The notes: generated by a model not told the origin, from the letters alone. A stretch of DNA of 64,000 bases from Thermodesulfobacteriota bacterium (GCA_965216785.1 OZ244197.1:2912001-2976000); one strand, 5' to 3'; shown: positions 23,774 through 34,439, counted from the stretch's first letter. Program-made: numbers and translations.

Positions 23774-24961
23774 TTATCTTCCTCTGCCAATTAATGAGAA
23801 TACTATGGAACCCAGCAAACAAACTACCCCGCATGCCGCGAACATCAAATTAAAACCCCAAAGCTCTGCAACGACTCCGTATATGAATACCCCGAGCATG
23901 CCGCCGAACGTAAATGAAACGCTGCATATTGAAACGGCCTTACCCCTGTCCGCTTCTTGAGATAGATAAATGATTAGCGCATAAATCGCGGGATAAAAAA
24001 TACCCTGACCGAGCCCAAAGAAAACTCCTGACAATACCAGACTATATGCACCTGAGGCGAAGCTGAGGCTCAGTATGCTCAGTGAAAATAGAAGAAGCGC
24101 CGGTATCGAGACTTTTTTGTAACCGTATTTATCTGGCATCCAGCCACCGAATACTCGGACCACAATAACCGCGCCTGTGTATGCAAGAAAAAATAGCTCA
24201 AACGCCTCAACTTTTATCCGTGGGGCAAAAACCGGTATAAATGATATAACAGTTACAAATCCGCTTCCTGATATCATCAGCACTAAAGCCGCCTGGATAA
24301 CCCCGGTTCTCGTAAGAGCTTTAACAAAGCTTCCTCTTTTCTCATAGTGCTCTTTAAGAATCCCGGGCTCTCTAACAAAAACAGCCATTAGGAAAGCCAG
24401 AAGCCCAAACGCTCCATCGAACATAAAGAAGGTCTCAAATCCGTAACTCTCTAAAACTACCTTTCCCACGAGAGGGGCCAGAGCAAAATTCAAAATGCTG
24501 AACATTCCGAAAATACCCATAGCCTGTGATCTTCTTCTTGGAGTGGATACGTCCGCCACAAGAGTCCCTGCAGAAACAAAACAAAGGGATAGAGCGGCGC
24601 CCTGCAGGATTCTCAGTATTGGGAAGAGAAAACTTAAGGTATCAAGATATGCAAAAGGAATGGTTGTCATAGCCATCAACAGGCCGCCAAGGGCAAGAAA
24701 CCACTTTTTTCCCCACTTATCTATAAAAATCCCGACAGCGGGAGTTGTGAGTATCGTTGCCATCGCTGCCGCACCCATTATAAAGCCAATTACTGACTCT
24801 GAACCGCCAAGGTCTTCTATACGAATAGGCAGCAGCACAAAGGAATGAAAATTGAAGAAAAAGAAGAAAGAAGAGAGGGTAATTAGAATAAAATCCCTGT
24901 TAAATAGGGGCCTTTCTGAGTCGGTCTCTGTAAATTCCGGAGTGTCTAAGTGTTGAGCCAT
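23774..24961 (-). CDS. MFS transporter
   Basis: About 12 hydrophobic segments; G-x3-DKWGKK and DKYGYKK loop motifs. Confidence 0.9.
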   Translation of the reverse strand: MAQHLDTPEFTETDSERPLFNRDFILITLSSFFFFFNFHSFVLLPIRIEDLGGSESVIGFIMGAAAMATILTTPAVGIFIDKWGKKWFLALGGLLMAMTTIPFAYLDTLSFLFPILRILQGAALSLCFVSAGTLVADVSTPRRRSQAMGIFGMFSILNFALAPLVGKVVLESYGFETFFMFDGAFGLLAFLMAVFVREPGILKEHYEKRGSFVKALTRTGVIQAALVLMISGSGFVTVISFIPVFAPRIKVEAFELFFLAYTGAVIVVRVFGGWMPDKYGYKKVSIPALLLFSLSILSLSFASGAYSLVLSGVFFGLGQGIFYPAIYALIIYLSQEADRGKAVSICSVSFTFGGMLGVFIYGVVAELWGFNLMFAACGVVCLLGSIVFSLIGRGR

Positions 24962-25074
24962 TTACACCTTTTGATACAAAATAAACTTACACAACAAAAT
25001 CAAGAAGAAAAGCTGAGAATGAGACGTTATACTAAATATTCAGGTAAATACGCATTTAGGGAGAGAAGAAAAGA

Positions 25075-25554
25075 ATGATAAAAAACAGCTTAATTATAGT
25101 GCTTGCGCTTCTATTGGCAGCTTCCTCCTACCTTTTATATGAGAACAAAAATATCTCAATCTCTATAGATAACTCAGAACCTCCGGTCCCTGAGAAAGCA
25201 CCTGAGTATGAGGAATTTTACGAAAAGGAGGTCCTTGGCACACTCTCTTCAGAGGCGCCTGGCGATACGGACATAAAAGAAGATCCTGAATCACTGGATG
25301 CAGAAAATATCGAGCCCTATCTTGATCCTACCGTAAGGCTAACTATTAATGAAAACCGCGAGATAGTCACGGACTACAAGATAATAGGACCAAGAAAATT
25401 CGCTCTACTTACAGAGGATGATGAGCCTATGGTAGAGATAAACCTTGACACTGGTGAAGTTAAGATAAACCCGGATTACACACTTGATGAAGCGTCCGCC
25501 GAGTTCTGGAAAACCATCGGCAGAAAATACCCTGAAGTCTGTTTTGTGGAATAG
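25075..25554 (+). CDS. Hypothetical membrane-anchored acidic protein
   Basis: Only ORF filling the gap; purine-rich RBS; N-terminal hydrophobic helix; no family recognised. Confidence 0.7.
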   Translation: MIKNSLIIVLALLLAASSYLLYENKNISISIDNSEPPVPEKAPEYEEFYEKEVLGTLSSEAPGDTDIKEDPESLDAENIEPYLDPTVRLTINENREIVTDYKIIGPRKFALLTEDDEPMVEINLDTGEVKINPDYTLDEASAEFWKTIGRKYPEVCFVE

Positions 25555-25584
25555 TACTTAATAGAAGTTGAACAAGAAGCTTAG

Positions 25585-26868
25585 CTAAGCGGAATATACA
25601 ACCTTGCCGTTTACAATCGTGTAGTTTATTTCTCCCTTTAGCTCCCAGCCGTGAAAAGGGGTGTTTTTACCTTTTGAGTGAAAGCTCTCGCGGTCGATTG
25701 TGACTTTTTTCTTAGGATCGAAAATCACAACGTCCGCCGGCGCGCCCTTTTTCAGCGTTCCCCTATTTAGGTTCAGGATTTCCGAGGGTACGTCTGTAAG
25801 CTTGCTGACCATTTGATTTAATGTGAGAACCTTATCGTCAACAAGTTTGAGCGACAGGGGAAGAGCAGTCTCAAGACCGACTATTCCAAACGGCGCCAGG
25901 TTGAATTCAACCTTCTTCTCATCCTCACTGTGGGGCGCGTGGTCGGTTGCGATAACGTCAATTGTTCCGTCTTTAAGACCTTCTCTGCAGGCCTTCATAT
26001 CCGCTTTACCCCTTAAAGGCGGATTCATTTTCGCATTCGTATCGTAACGGTCAACCGCCTCATCCGTAAGAGTAAAGTGGTGCGGAGTGACTTCAGCTGT
26101 TACGCGTACGCCTCTTTTTTTTGCTGCCCTTATAAGCCTTACAGAGGCCTCTGAAGAAACGTGGCAAATGTGCAAATGGGCACCGGTAAGCTCGGCTACG
26201 TTTATATCGCGGGAAACCATAACGTCTTCTGAAGCACAGGGGATACCTTCGAGTCCCAGGCGCGTTGACATCTCGCCTTCGTTCATGACACCGTTCCCGG
26301 ATAGGTTCTTATCTTCGGCGTGTGATATGACAGGTATATCGAAAGCCTTTACGTACTCCATGGCGTGGCGCATGACTTTAGAATTCATAACAGGCATACC
26401 GTCATCCGATACCCCTACGCAGCCTGCCTCATACATCTCTCCGATCTGCGCAAGGCTCTCACCCTTTTCTCCCTTTGTTATAGCGCCTATCGGAAATACA
26501 TTCACTATGCCCTCTGTCCTTGCTTTAAGAAGTATGTACTCTGTCACAGAAGCGTTATCGTTTACGGGATTGGTGTTGGGCATACAAACTATGGTCGTAA
26601 ATCCCCCCGCGGCAGCCGACTCACACCCGGTTTTGATAGTCTCTTTATGCTCAAACCCCGGCTCCCTTAAATGGACGTGAATGTCTACAAACCCTGGGGA
26701 AACTATTTTCCCGCGGGCGTTGATTACCTTAGTTTTCGAACTTTTCTCAAACTTAGCTGTTGATCGGGGAAAAGATTTTATCATCCCGCCTTCAATAAGA
26801 ACGTTTGTTACTCTATCTATATCTTGGGAAGGGTCGATTACCCGTCCACCCTTAATTAATATGCTCAC
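25585..26868 (-). CDS. pyrC: Dihydroorotase
   Basis: [37 protein letters not shown]. Confidence 0.97.
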   Translation of the reverse strand: MSILIKGGRVIDPSQDIDRVTNVLIEGGMIKSFPRSTAKFEKSSKTKVINARGKIVSPGFVDIHVHLREPGFEHKETIKTGCESAAAGGFTTIVCMPNTNPVNDNASVTEYILLKARTEGIVNVFPIGAITKGEKGESLAQIGEMYEAGCVGVSDDGMPVMNSKVMRHAMEYVKAFDIPVISHAEDKNLSGNGVMNEGEMSTRLGLEGIPCASEDVMVSRDINVAELTGAHLHICHVSSEASVRLIRAAKKRGVRVTAEVTPHHFTLTDEAVDRYDTNAKMNPPLRGKADMKACREGLKDGTIDVIATDHAPHSEDEKKVEFNLAPFGIVGLETALPLSLKLVDDKVLTLNQMVSKLTDVPSEILNLNRGTLKKGAPADVVIFDPKKKVTIDRESFHSKGKNTPFHGWELKGEINYTIVNGKVVYSA

Positions 26869-27794
26869 GAATTTCCCCCTCCGGATACAACAAGGTAAAA
26901 CATAGCCATTCTGACCGCGATTCCGTTAGATACCTGATCGAGTATTACAGAGCCCGCGTCGTCAGCGATGTCGGATGAAAGCTCAATCCCCCTATTGATA
27001 GGTCCCGGGTGCATTACTACTACGTCTTTTGCGGCGAACTCAAGTTTTTCTCTTTTTAGCCCGTAAAATCTAGCGTATTCCCTGAGTGATGGGAAGAACT
27101 CAGAATCCTGGCGCTCCATCTGTATCCTAAGCATTATTACAACGTCGACCCCTTTTACCGCTTCCTCTAGATTATAGTATGTTTTGACATTTATATTCTC
27201 AATATAAGGAGGGATAAGGGTCGGTGGGCCGGCTACTCTGACTTCGGCCCCGAGTTTAAGGAGTCCCCAGATATTTGAGCGCGCCACACGGCTGTGGAGT
27301 ATATCTCCGACTACTAGGACTTTGAGCCCCTTTATACTCCCCTTAATCTCCCTTATGGTGAATAGATCGAGCAGAGCCTGGCTCGGGTGCTCGTGCGAGC
27401 CGTCGCCGGCGTTAATGATCGATGAGTCAAGCTCTTTGGCTAATAGCCAAGGAGCACCTGACATGGGGTGTCTAATGACTATCACACCCGCTCCCATCGC
27501 TTCCAGGTTCCGGGCTGTATCGAGCAGGGTCTCCCCCTTAGAAACGCTGCTGTGAGAAAGGGTGAAATTGAGCACATCGGCGCTCAGGCGCTTCTCGGCA
27601 ATCTCAAATGAAGAGCGAGTCCTCGTGCTTGGCTCGTAAAATAAATTACAAACGGTAACCCCGCGGAGCGCGGGAACTTTTTTTACGTCACGCTCAGACA
27701 CCTCTTTCATTGAAACTGCTGTGTCGAGAATAAGTGTTATTTCCTCGGCTGAGAGCTCTTCGAGCCCCAAGATGTGTCTGCGGTTAAAATCCAT
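26865..27794 (-). CDS. pyrB: Aspartate carbamoyltransferase
   Basis: [32 protein letters not shown]. Confidence 0.98.
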   Translation of the reverse strand: MDFNRRHILGLEELSAEEITLILDTAVSMKEVSERDVKKVPALRGVTVCNLFYEPSTRTRSSFEIAEKRLSADVLNFTLSHSSVSKGETLLDTARNLEAMGAGVIVIRHPMSGAPWLLAKELDSSIINAGDGSHEHPSQALLDLFTIREIKGSIKGLKVLVVGDILHSRVARSNIWGLLKLGAEVRVAGPPTLIPPYIENINVKTYYNLEEAVKGVDVVIMLRIQMERQDSEFFPSLREYARFYGLKREKLEFAAKDVVVMHPGPINRGIELSSDIADDAGSVILDQVSNGIAVRMAMFYLVVSGGGNS

Positions 27795-27796
27795 TT

Positions 27797-28339
27797 CTAA
27801 CCCCGCTGTACCGTAACTTCATCATTCCCATCATTTTCCTTAAGATGTACTCTTACTTTTTCTTTGCTCAGTGTGTCTATTGTACACCCTGCATAATCAG
27901 GCTGTATCGGCAGCTCTCTGTGCCCCCGGTCAACCAAAACCGCTAGCTGAATAGAGGCGGGTCTGCCGAAGTCCATTATTTCCTCAAGTGCCGCCCTAGT
28001 TGTACGGCCAGTGTATATTACATCGTCGACCAGTATAACTACCTTATCTTCTACAGAAAATTTTATCTCGGTTTTCTTTACCTTTGGCCATTCGGTCTTG
28101 CGCCTGAGGTCGTCTCTGTATAGCGTTATATCGAGCGTTCCCAGAGGAGGCTCGACTCCTTCAAGCTTTTTGATCAGCTTTAATATCCTCTCTGCGAGAT
28201 ACACGCCCCTTGTTCTAACGCCGATTATAACCAATTCTGAGGCGCCCTTATTTCTTTCAAGTATTTCGTTTACAATACGCGACACCGTACGTTTAATGGC
28301 GCGCTGATCCATGACTACTCTGTCTTTTTTCTTATTCAT
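27797..28339 (-). CDS. pyrR: PyrR regulator / uracil phosphoribosyltransferase
   Basis: [29 protein letters not shown]. Confidence 0.97.
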   Translation of the reverse strand: MNKKKDRVVMDQRAIKRTVSRIVNEILERNKGASELVIIGVRTRGVYLAERILKLIKKLEGVEPPLGTLDITLYRDDLRRKTEWPKVKKTEIKFSVEDKVVILVDDVIYTGRTTRAALEEIMDFGRPASIQLAVLVDRGHRELPIQPDYAGCTIDTLSKEKVRVHLKENDGNDEVTVQRG

Positions 28340-28342
28340 GAT

Positions 28343-28696
28343 CTAGTGGTACACGCTTTTCAGCACTCCCTCGCACTGGTACTCAAACTCAAAATCCTTC
28401 ACGTAATAATCCTCAAAGTTTGCCCTATCGTGATAATAAATCGATATGTAAATGGCGTCTTTCCCCTTTGTTATACCGAACTGTCTCTTATCGGGCGGTA
28501 TACCCATATCTTCAAGTGATTCCGCAATGTTAGTAGTAATATACCCTTGTCCATACTTATGATATATATCGGCATTTTCCTGACAGACGGCTCGTATGCC
28601 TACTATGCCTCTATAGTATATGGGAACTACCTTAAAACCTACGTAAAAAATTATTACAAGGATCAGTAACCAGAATATAGAAGACCAGCTATTCAT
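28343..28696 (-). CDS. Small membrane protein, DUF4845-like
   Basis: N-terminal TM followed by GFKVVPIY; position directly after lepB is typical of DUF4845. Confidence 0.6.
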   Translation of the reverse strand: MNSWSSIFWLLILVIIFYVGFKVVPIYYRGIVGIRAVCQENADIYHKYGQGYITTNIAESLEDMGIPPDKRQFGITKGKDAIYISIYYHDRANFEDYYVKDFEFEYQCEGVLKSVYH

Positions 28697-28729
28697 AAAG
28701 CTAACCCTCCCGTTGCTATCACCGGCAGT

Positions 28730-29665
28730 TTAATCAATACCGGATAGTATCCTCTCCCACCTTACCTTATCCGCAAAACTGGGGTTATCAAAATCCCAGG
28801 ACCAGTGTATAACGAAAGCCTTTCCGGCAATATTCTCTATCGGCACAAACCCCCAATACCTTGAGTCCTGGCTGTTATCTCTGTTGTCGCCCATAACAAA
28901 AACATTTCCTTCCGGCACGTTAGTTACGGGTATGTAATTTCCTGTATTAGTGTTTTCCTTACCTTTGCGGAAAATCACCTTGTGGTCATCACCGTAAAGG
29001 TCTTCGTCATATTCGTCAAAAGCCTCGCCGTTTCGCGCGTCCTCATAAGTACCTACAAACTGCATAGGAACCTCTTGATCATTTATTAATAGTGAGCGGC
29101 CTTCAATATCTATTTGATCCCCGGGGAGTCCGACTACGCGTTTAATATAATATACACCTTTTTTCGATGGGTCTCTTTCAGAGTTAGGGTAAGTGAAAAC
29201 TATTACGTCTCCGCGCTCAATATCTTTTAATGGGAACACGACTTTATCGGTAAAAGGTATTTTCGTTCCGTATATAAATTTATTCACGAGCAGGTGATCC
29301 CCAACCAACAGGGTCGGGATCATTGAGCCCGAAGGTATCTTAAAAGGCTGAAAAACGAAAGTTCTTATAAGAAGAGCCAAAACGACTGCAAATACAAGCG
29401 CTTCAATATTCTGACGGAGCTTTGACTTCGTATACTTTGAGAGGTAATCGTGAGATGCGCCTTCAAGCGCGTCGGTCTCTATTAATATCTCTTTTGTGCT
29501 GCCCTCTGCGAGCGCTGCCTCGAGACTACCGATTCTCTGTTTAATAAGCGCCGCCGAGCCCGGATTTATTCTCGAAATATTCTTTTCTAAAACGGATTTT
29601 GTTTGAGAAAGTATCTGATTTGCTTTCTTTCTGACTTTCGCTTCTTTTGACCAAAAATTGAGCAT
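28730..29665 (-). CDS. lepB: Signal peptidase I with N-terminal extension
   Basis: FKIPSGSMIPTLLVGD (catalytic Ser), YIKRVVGLPGD (Lys), MGDNRDNSQDSRYWG. Confidence 0.97.
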   Translation of the reverse strand: MLNFWSKEAKVRKKANQILSQTKSVLEKNISRINPGSAALIKQRIGSLEAALAEGSTKEILIETDALEGASHDYLSKYTKSKLRQNIEALVFAVVLALLIRTFVFQPFKIPSGSMIPTLLVGDHLLVNKFIYGTKIPFTDKVVFPLKDIERGDVIVFTYPNSERDPSKKGVYYIKRVVGLPGDQIDIEGRSLLINDQEVPMQFVGTYEDARNGEAFDEYDEDLYGDDHKVIFRKGKENTNTGNYIPVTNVPEGNVFVMGDNRDNSQDSRYWGFVPIENIAGKAFVIHWSWDFDNPSFADKVRWERILSGID

Positions 29666-29677
29666 AATTGAGGTTTG

Positions 29678-29706
29678 AGTATATATGGTGAATTAATCCG
29701 TTTCAA
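29678..29706 (-). promoter_or_regulatory. Sigma70-type promoter of lepB
   Basis: TTGAAA-N17-TATACT ending 12 nt before the lepB ATG. Confidence 0.6.
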
Positions 29707-29766
29707 TACGAGGTCGCCAAGTAATATAAAACAAGTACACAAAACGACCCGGGAGCTAATCGAGAG

Positions 29767-31929
29767 TTAAACCCTCTCCCTCTCGTTTGAGCGCTCAACG
29801 GATTTTACACCTTTTACCTGTTTAATAGATTTCATGACATTTTCAAGCTGCGAGAGGTTCGAGATGATAACATCAAAGTTGCCCATGGCGCTTTCCACGT
29901 CGTCCGCATGCATTTCCGCTTTGGCGATATTAACGTCACATGCAGATATTGAGCTAGAGATATCGGAAAGCACGCCGGGGCGGTCTGAGCACATAACTAT
30001 TAATCTCACCGGTCTTAGCCCCTCGAAATTTTTATCCCATTCAACATCAATTCTCCTGGCGCTATCGACCTCGTGCAAGATAGGACAATCGTCTTTATGT
30101 ATAGTGATACCTTTACCCCTCGTTATATAACCTATAATATCCTCCCCTGGAAGAGGTGAGCAGCAGTTGGCAAAGCGTATCATCACGTCGTCGTATCCCC
30201 TCACCAGTATGCCGCTGTCAGAGGAGCGTGTAATGGTCTTTATTATCTTCTCGATACGCGATTCCTTTTCGGGAGGCGTTTCCATTTTATCGCTCGGCAG
30301 AATGCGTTTTAACAGATCGTTCGCCGACATCTTACCAAACCCAACGGCAAGGTAGAGATCCTTCACATCTTTAATCTTCAGCTCTGAGAGCGGTTTTTGA
30401 AGCTCGCCCTTTTTAAGGAGTTTATTAAAATCCAGTCCGTGCTGTTTGAATTTTCTTTCACAAATTGACTTACCAACAATCCCGGACTGTGTTCTTTCCT
30501 CGTTTCGGAGCCAGTTTCGTATTTTTGTTTTAGCGTTTGAGGTTACTACGAATTTAAGCCAGTCTCGGCTCGGATGACGGTCCTTGGCGGTTACAATTTC
30601 TATGGTATCGCCTGTCTTTAACTGGTGGTTGAGCGGCACGAGCTTGCCGTTTACCATAGCCCCCGTGCAAGTGTTGCCAACTTCCGTATGCACCGAGTAA
30701 GCAAAATCGATCGGAGTTGCCCCCGTAGGAAGCTCTCTCAGATCGCCCTTGGGTGTAAACACATATAGAACGTTTGTTATCAGCTCTCCTTTTATTGCCT
30801 CCATGTATTCTGTGGGGTCCTGAATATCCTTCCACTCTAGCAGCTGACGGAGTGTGGAATAGACCTCATAGGTACCTCCACCCTCGAGCTTGCCCTCTTT
30901 GTAAGTCCAGTGGGATGCTACTCCGTGCTCCGCTATTTCATGCATGGCGCGCGTACGTATTTGTATCTCCATTCTCTCGCCGAACGGACCGATCACAGTA
31001 GTATGAAGCGACTGGTAGCCGTTCCCCTTGGGAAGAGCTATATAGTCCTTAAAACGCCCCGGCACAGGCTTCCATGAGGAATGCACCGCACCTAGAGCTT
31101 CATAGCATTCTTTAAGAGAGCTAGTGATAATCCTAAACGCTATAACGTCGTATACGTTCTCGAATTCCAGGTTCTGAGCCTGCATCTTGCTGTATATACC
31201 GTGTATATGCTTGAATCTTCCCGTGACCTCTGAGCTTATATCAAATTCCATAAGCTTACTTTCAATAATCTTTTTTATGTCGTCTACATGCTTTTCCCAC
31301 TCGGATTTGCGCTCCGTAATCAGTTTTGACAGTCTCTCGTATTCCTCACGGTTTATATAGCTGAAAGCTAAATCTTCCAGATCGTTCGTGACCCAGTTTA
31401 TCCCCAGCCGGTGAGAGAGCGGAGCATATATATCCATAGTCTCTTTCGCTATTCTCTTCTGCCGTTCTTCTGAAAGGTGCTCGAGTGTGCGCATATTGTG
31501 GAGTCTGTCCGCAAGCTTTATAAGCACCACTCTAATATCCTTTGCTGTGGCCAGGATAAGCTTTCTGAAACTCTCCGCCTGACGCTCTTTTTTGGATGAG
31601 TAAGGAAGCTGACTAATCTTTGTAACACCGTCCACTAGATACGCAATCTCTTTTCCGAATATAGACTCGATCTCCTCAGTGGTCGCGAGCGTATCCTCCA
31701 CTGTGTCGTGCAAAAGCCCGGTGATAATAGATGAGAGATCAAGCTTCATATCTGAGATAATTCCGCTAACCTCAAGAGGGTGGCTGAGATAAGGCTCTCC
31801 GGAGCTCCGTTTCTGTCCGGAGTGGACTTTTGCAGAGTACACGTATGCCTTTTTAAGAAGCTCCACATCTCCTTCATTTAAAAAGAGATAGGAATTAACT
31901 TTGTCAATTATGTCGTTTAACCTTATCAT
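29767..31929 (-). CDS. spoT: Bifunctional (p)ppGpp synthetase/hydrolase (long RSH)
   Basis: HD hydrolase motif LLHDTVED, IKLADRLHNMRTL, NGYQSLHT, TGS and ACT domains. Confidence 0.95.
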   Translation of the reverse strand: MIRLNDIIDKVNSYLFLNEGDVELLKKAYVYSAKVHSGQKRSSGEPYLSHPLEVSGIISDMKLDLSSIITGLLHDTVEDTLATTEEIESIFGKEIAYLVDGVTKISQLPYSSKKERQAESFRKLILATAKDIRVVLIKLADRLHNMRTLEHLSEERQKRIAKETMDIYAPLSHRLGINWVTNDLEDLAFSYINREEYERLSKLITERKSEWEKHVDDIKKIIESKLMEFDISSEVTGRFKHIHGIYSKMQAQNLEFENVYDVIAFRIITSSLKECYEALGAVHSSWKPVPGRFKDYIALPKGNGYQSLHTTVIGPFGERMEIQIRTRAMHEIAEHGVASHWTYKEGKLEGGGTYEVYSTLRQLLEWKDIQDPTEYMEAIKGELITNVLYVFTPKGDLRELPTGATPIDFAYSVHTEVGNTCTGAMVNGKLVPLNHQLKTGDTIEIVTAKDRHPSRDWLKFVVTSNAKTKIRNWLRNEERTQSGIVGKSICERKFKQHGLDFNKLLKKGELQKPLSELKIKDVKDLYLAVGFGKMSANDLLKRILPSDKMETPPEKESRIEKIIKTITRSSDSGILVRGYDDVMIRFANCCSPLPGEDIIGYITRGKGITIHKDDCPILHEVDSARRIDVEWDKNFEGLRPVRLIVMCSDRPGVLSDISSSISACDVNIAKAEMHADDVESAMGNFDVIISNLSQLENVMKSIKQVKGVKSVERSNERERV

Positions 31930-31975
31930 GTCATGCTCTCAAGCCCTTTTTATCATTCCAGGAGGCATATTAATT

Positions 31976-32539
31976 CTACCTTCTTTTAGACTCTATAATT
32001 TCCTTAAGAGCGCTTACGGCCTCGTTTAAATCGTCGTTATATATAATATAATCATAGTGTTCTGTCTCTTCCATCTCCTTTTTCGCAACAGAAAGGCGCT
32101 TTTGTATTACCTTGCTCCCCTCACTGCCTCTAAGAGTAAGCCTTCTTTCAAGCTCCTCTATGCTTGATGGCGCCACAAAACAGAAAACCGCCTCAGAATA
32201 TTTCCCCCTAATCTGCTTTGCCCCCTGTACATCTATATCGAGAATCAGGTCAACGCCGCATTTTTTCGCCATCTCGAATTGATCTAGAGGAGTACCGTAT
32301 AAGTTGCCGTAAACATTTGCGTATTCAGCAAATTTGCCGTCCTTTGCCATATCATTAAATTCGGCCACCGAGATGAACCGATAGTCCTTGCCGTCCACTT
32401 CCCCTTCGCGGGGCTCCCTTGTGGTACAAGAGACGGAGAACCTGAGGTTATCAAGATCCGCCATTACTCTTTTTGTAAGAGTCGTTTTCCCACCCCCTGA
32501 CGGGCCTGAAATTATATAAATATTTCCCTCTCGCATCAT
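31976..32539 (-). CDS. gmk: Guanylate kinase
   Basis: SGPSGGGKTT, TTREPREGEVDGKDYRF, LDIDVQGA. Confidence 0.97.
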   Translation of the reverse strand: MMREGNIYIISGPSGGGKTTLTKRVMADLDNLRFSVSCTTREPREGEVDGKDYRFISVAEFNDMAKDGKFAEYANVYGNLYGTPLDQFEMAKKCGVDLILDIDVQGAKQIRGKYSEAVFCFVAPSSIEELERRLTLRGSEGSKVIQKRLSVAKKEMEETEHYDYIIYNDDLNEAVSALKEIIESKRR

Positions 32540-32629
32540 ATCAGCCTTTAATCCGGTTAAAAACTTTCCTTAGTTTATATGAATTCTAGGACAATTTTGA
32601 GAATTTTCAATTAATAAGGGAGACTTGGA

Positions 32630-33718
32630 TTAATCACTCTTCCCTAATTTCCCGAGCTCTTCCACTATTTTTTTAACGTCCTGTGAGTCTTCTTTATTCA
32701 ATACAAGCAAAGCGTCCTCGGTATCAACAACCACGAGGTCCGATACCCCGACAAGCGCCACTGTCCTGCCTCCACCGACGACCAAAGACGAGGAGGAATT
32801 AATCGATACTGCAGGCCCCAGCACCTGCTTTTCGTCTCCGTCTCCAATTAAATATTCATAGAGCGCTTTCCAGCTCCCTACGTCGCTCCAGGGAAACTCT
32901 ACCGGAATAACCAGAGTATTGCCCGAGCGCTCTAATATTAAATTATCTACTGAGCCGTTTTGTATATTCGAGTAAAAATCAGCGATAGATTTAGATTCTT
33001 CAGGCTTTCCCAAATTTTGAGACAAGGTATTAAAGTGTCTGTACCACTCCGGCAGGAATGAAGCAAAATCCCTCAATATGGACGAGGTCTTCCATATAAA
33101 CATACCGCTGTTCCAATAGTAATCGCCCTCGCTCAAAAACTCCTTTGCCCGATCATGATCTGGTTTCTCAGTGAATTTAATAGCCTTGTATGCCTTAAGC
33201 CCGTTTGATGATAGAACCTCATCGCGGCCTGCCTTTATATATCCATATCCCGTCTCGGGGGATGTGGGCTTTACACCCAAAGTAATCAGCGGCGCCTCAC
33301 CGTCTTCAAACTCGTGTCTTGAGGCTTCACAAGCAAACTCAAGCACCCCTCTGAATTCCTCTTCCTTACCTATGGCATGATCGGCAGGAAGCACAGCCAT
33401 AACCGACTCAGGATCTTCTGAGGCAATTCTGAGAGAACCGTAAGCTATGCACGGCGCCGTGTTCTTTCCCTCGGGCTCGAGGATAAGGTTTCCCGGAGGA
33501 AGCTCCGGTATATGTCTTAAAGTCTCCTCTGCATATGCCTTAACAGTAACGATAAACACCCTCTCGATAGGAATAAGCGGCACTATCCTGTCTACCGTTT
33601 GGCGAATGAGTGATTTATCACCCAGGAGTGAGAGAAACTGCTTTGGCTTATCTTTGGTGCTGAGAGGCCAGAACCTCTTCCCCTCGCCACCGGCCATAAT
33701 TAGCGCATATAAATTCAT
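32630..33718 (-). CDS. manC: Mannose-1-phosphate guanylyltransferase (no cupin domain)
   Basis: IMAGGEGKRFWPLS..PKQF, EPEGKNTAP, ETGYGYI, WNSGMF, WSDVGSW. Confidence 0.92.
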   Translation of the reverse strand: MNLYALIMAGGEGKRFWPLSTKDKPKQFLSLLGDKSLIRQTVDRIVPLIPIERVFIVTVKAYAEETLRHIPELPPGNLILEPEGKNTAPCIAYGSLRIASEDPESVMAVLPADHAIGKEEEFRGVLEFACEASRHEFEDGEAPLITLGVKPTSPETGYGYIKAGRDEVLSSNGLKAYKAIKFTEKPDHDRAKEFLSEGDYYWNSGMFIWKTSSILRDFASFLPEWYRHFNTLSQNLGKPEESKSIADFYSNIQNGSVDNLILERSGNTLVIPVEFPWSDVGSWKALYEYLIGDGDEKQVLGPAVSINSSSSLVVGGGRTVALVGVSDLVVVDTEDALLVLNKEDSQDVKKIVEELGKLGKSD

Positions 33719-33724
33719 AATTTA

Positions 33725-33753
33725 ATAGTAATAGGACTTTAAATATATCTCAA
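33725..33753 (-). promoter_or_regulatory. Sigma70-type promoter of manC, leaderless geometry
   Basis: TTGAGA-N17-TACTAT ending 6 nt before the ATG; no Shine-Dalgarno. Confidence 0.55.
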
Positions 33754-33758
33754 ATAGA

Positions 33759-34439
33759 TCAAAATAGCGCCTCTAGCTCATCCAGCCCGAGCTCTTCAAG
33801 GCTGTTTTTAATTAATTGAGCCTGAGAGAGCTTCTCCTCGGGGTAGGAGTTTGTTATAGCGAGACATTTCATGCCTGCCGCAATAGCGGCGTTAATACCC
33901 GCAAGTGAATCTTCAATCACAAGACAGTTTTCCGCGAAAATTGCTCCCGAATCGGGAAAGGCCAGATTAACCTGTGAGAGCGCTTCTATAAATACATCCG
34001 GTGCGGGTTTAGATCTCTCCACGTCCTCAGCGCTTACAATCACCTTAAAAAAGCTTTCCAGTCCCGCGTGTTTTAGAATTTGCCTTATCTCCCCCTCAAG
34101 TGCTCCGGAACCTATCGCGAGCGGGTACTTGCGAGCTACCTTCTTTATAAACTCCCCCGCACCGGGCAGCAGCTCAATATTCCCGCCTAACAGCTCATCG
34201 AAACTTACCGATTTAACTTTCATCATTTCGTCAATGTTAAGCTCTTTGGGCCCTATTTCCCTGTCTTTAAGCAGCTCGCGAAAGAAAGTCTTGTCATCAT
34301 AGGCGAGGTACTTAGAAAAATATTCCTCTTCCGTGATTTCCATGCCGTAGCCACCTAGAGTCACCTGAAACGCTTTTAGGTGCAGGGGCTCTGTATGAGC
34401 GATAATACCGTCGAAGTCAAATATAATTGCTTTTAACAT
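33759..34439 (-). CDS. HAD-family phosphatase (beta-PGM/CbbY-like)
   Basis: IFDFDGII, KPAPD, VIEDS..GI.AA..AGM. Confidence 0.9.
   Translation of the reverse strand: MLKAIIFDFDGIIAHTEPLHLKAFQVTLGGYGMEITEEEYFSKYLAYDDKTFFRELLKDREIGPKELNIDEMMKVKSVSFDELLGGNIELLPGAGEFIKKVARKYPLAIGSGALEGEIRQILKHAGLESFFKVIVSAEDVERSKPAPDVFIEALSQVNLAFPDSGAIFAENCLVIEDSLAGINAAIAAGMKCLAITNSYPEEKLSQAQLIKNSLEELGLDELEALF

Noticed and set aside
32630-34439. HAD phosphatase and manC as members of the arsenosugar pathway
   Set aside because: They are divergent from arsR, separated by ~300 nt and co-oriented with gmk-spoT; nothing in the sequence links them functionally.
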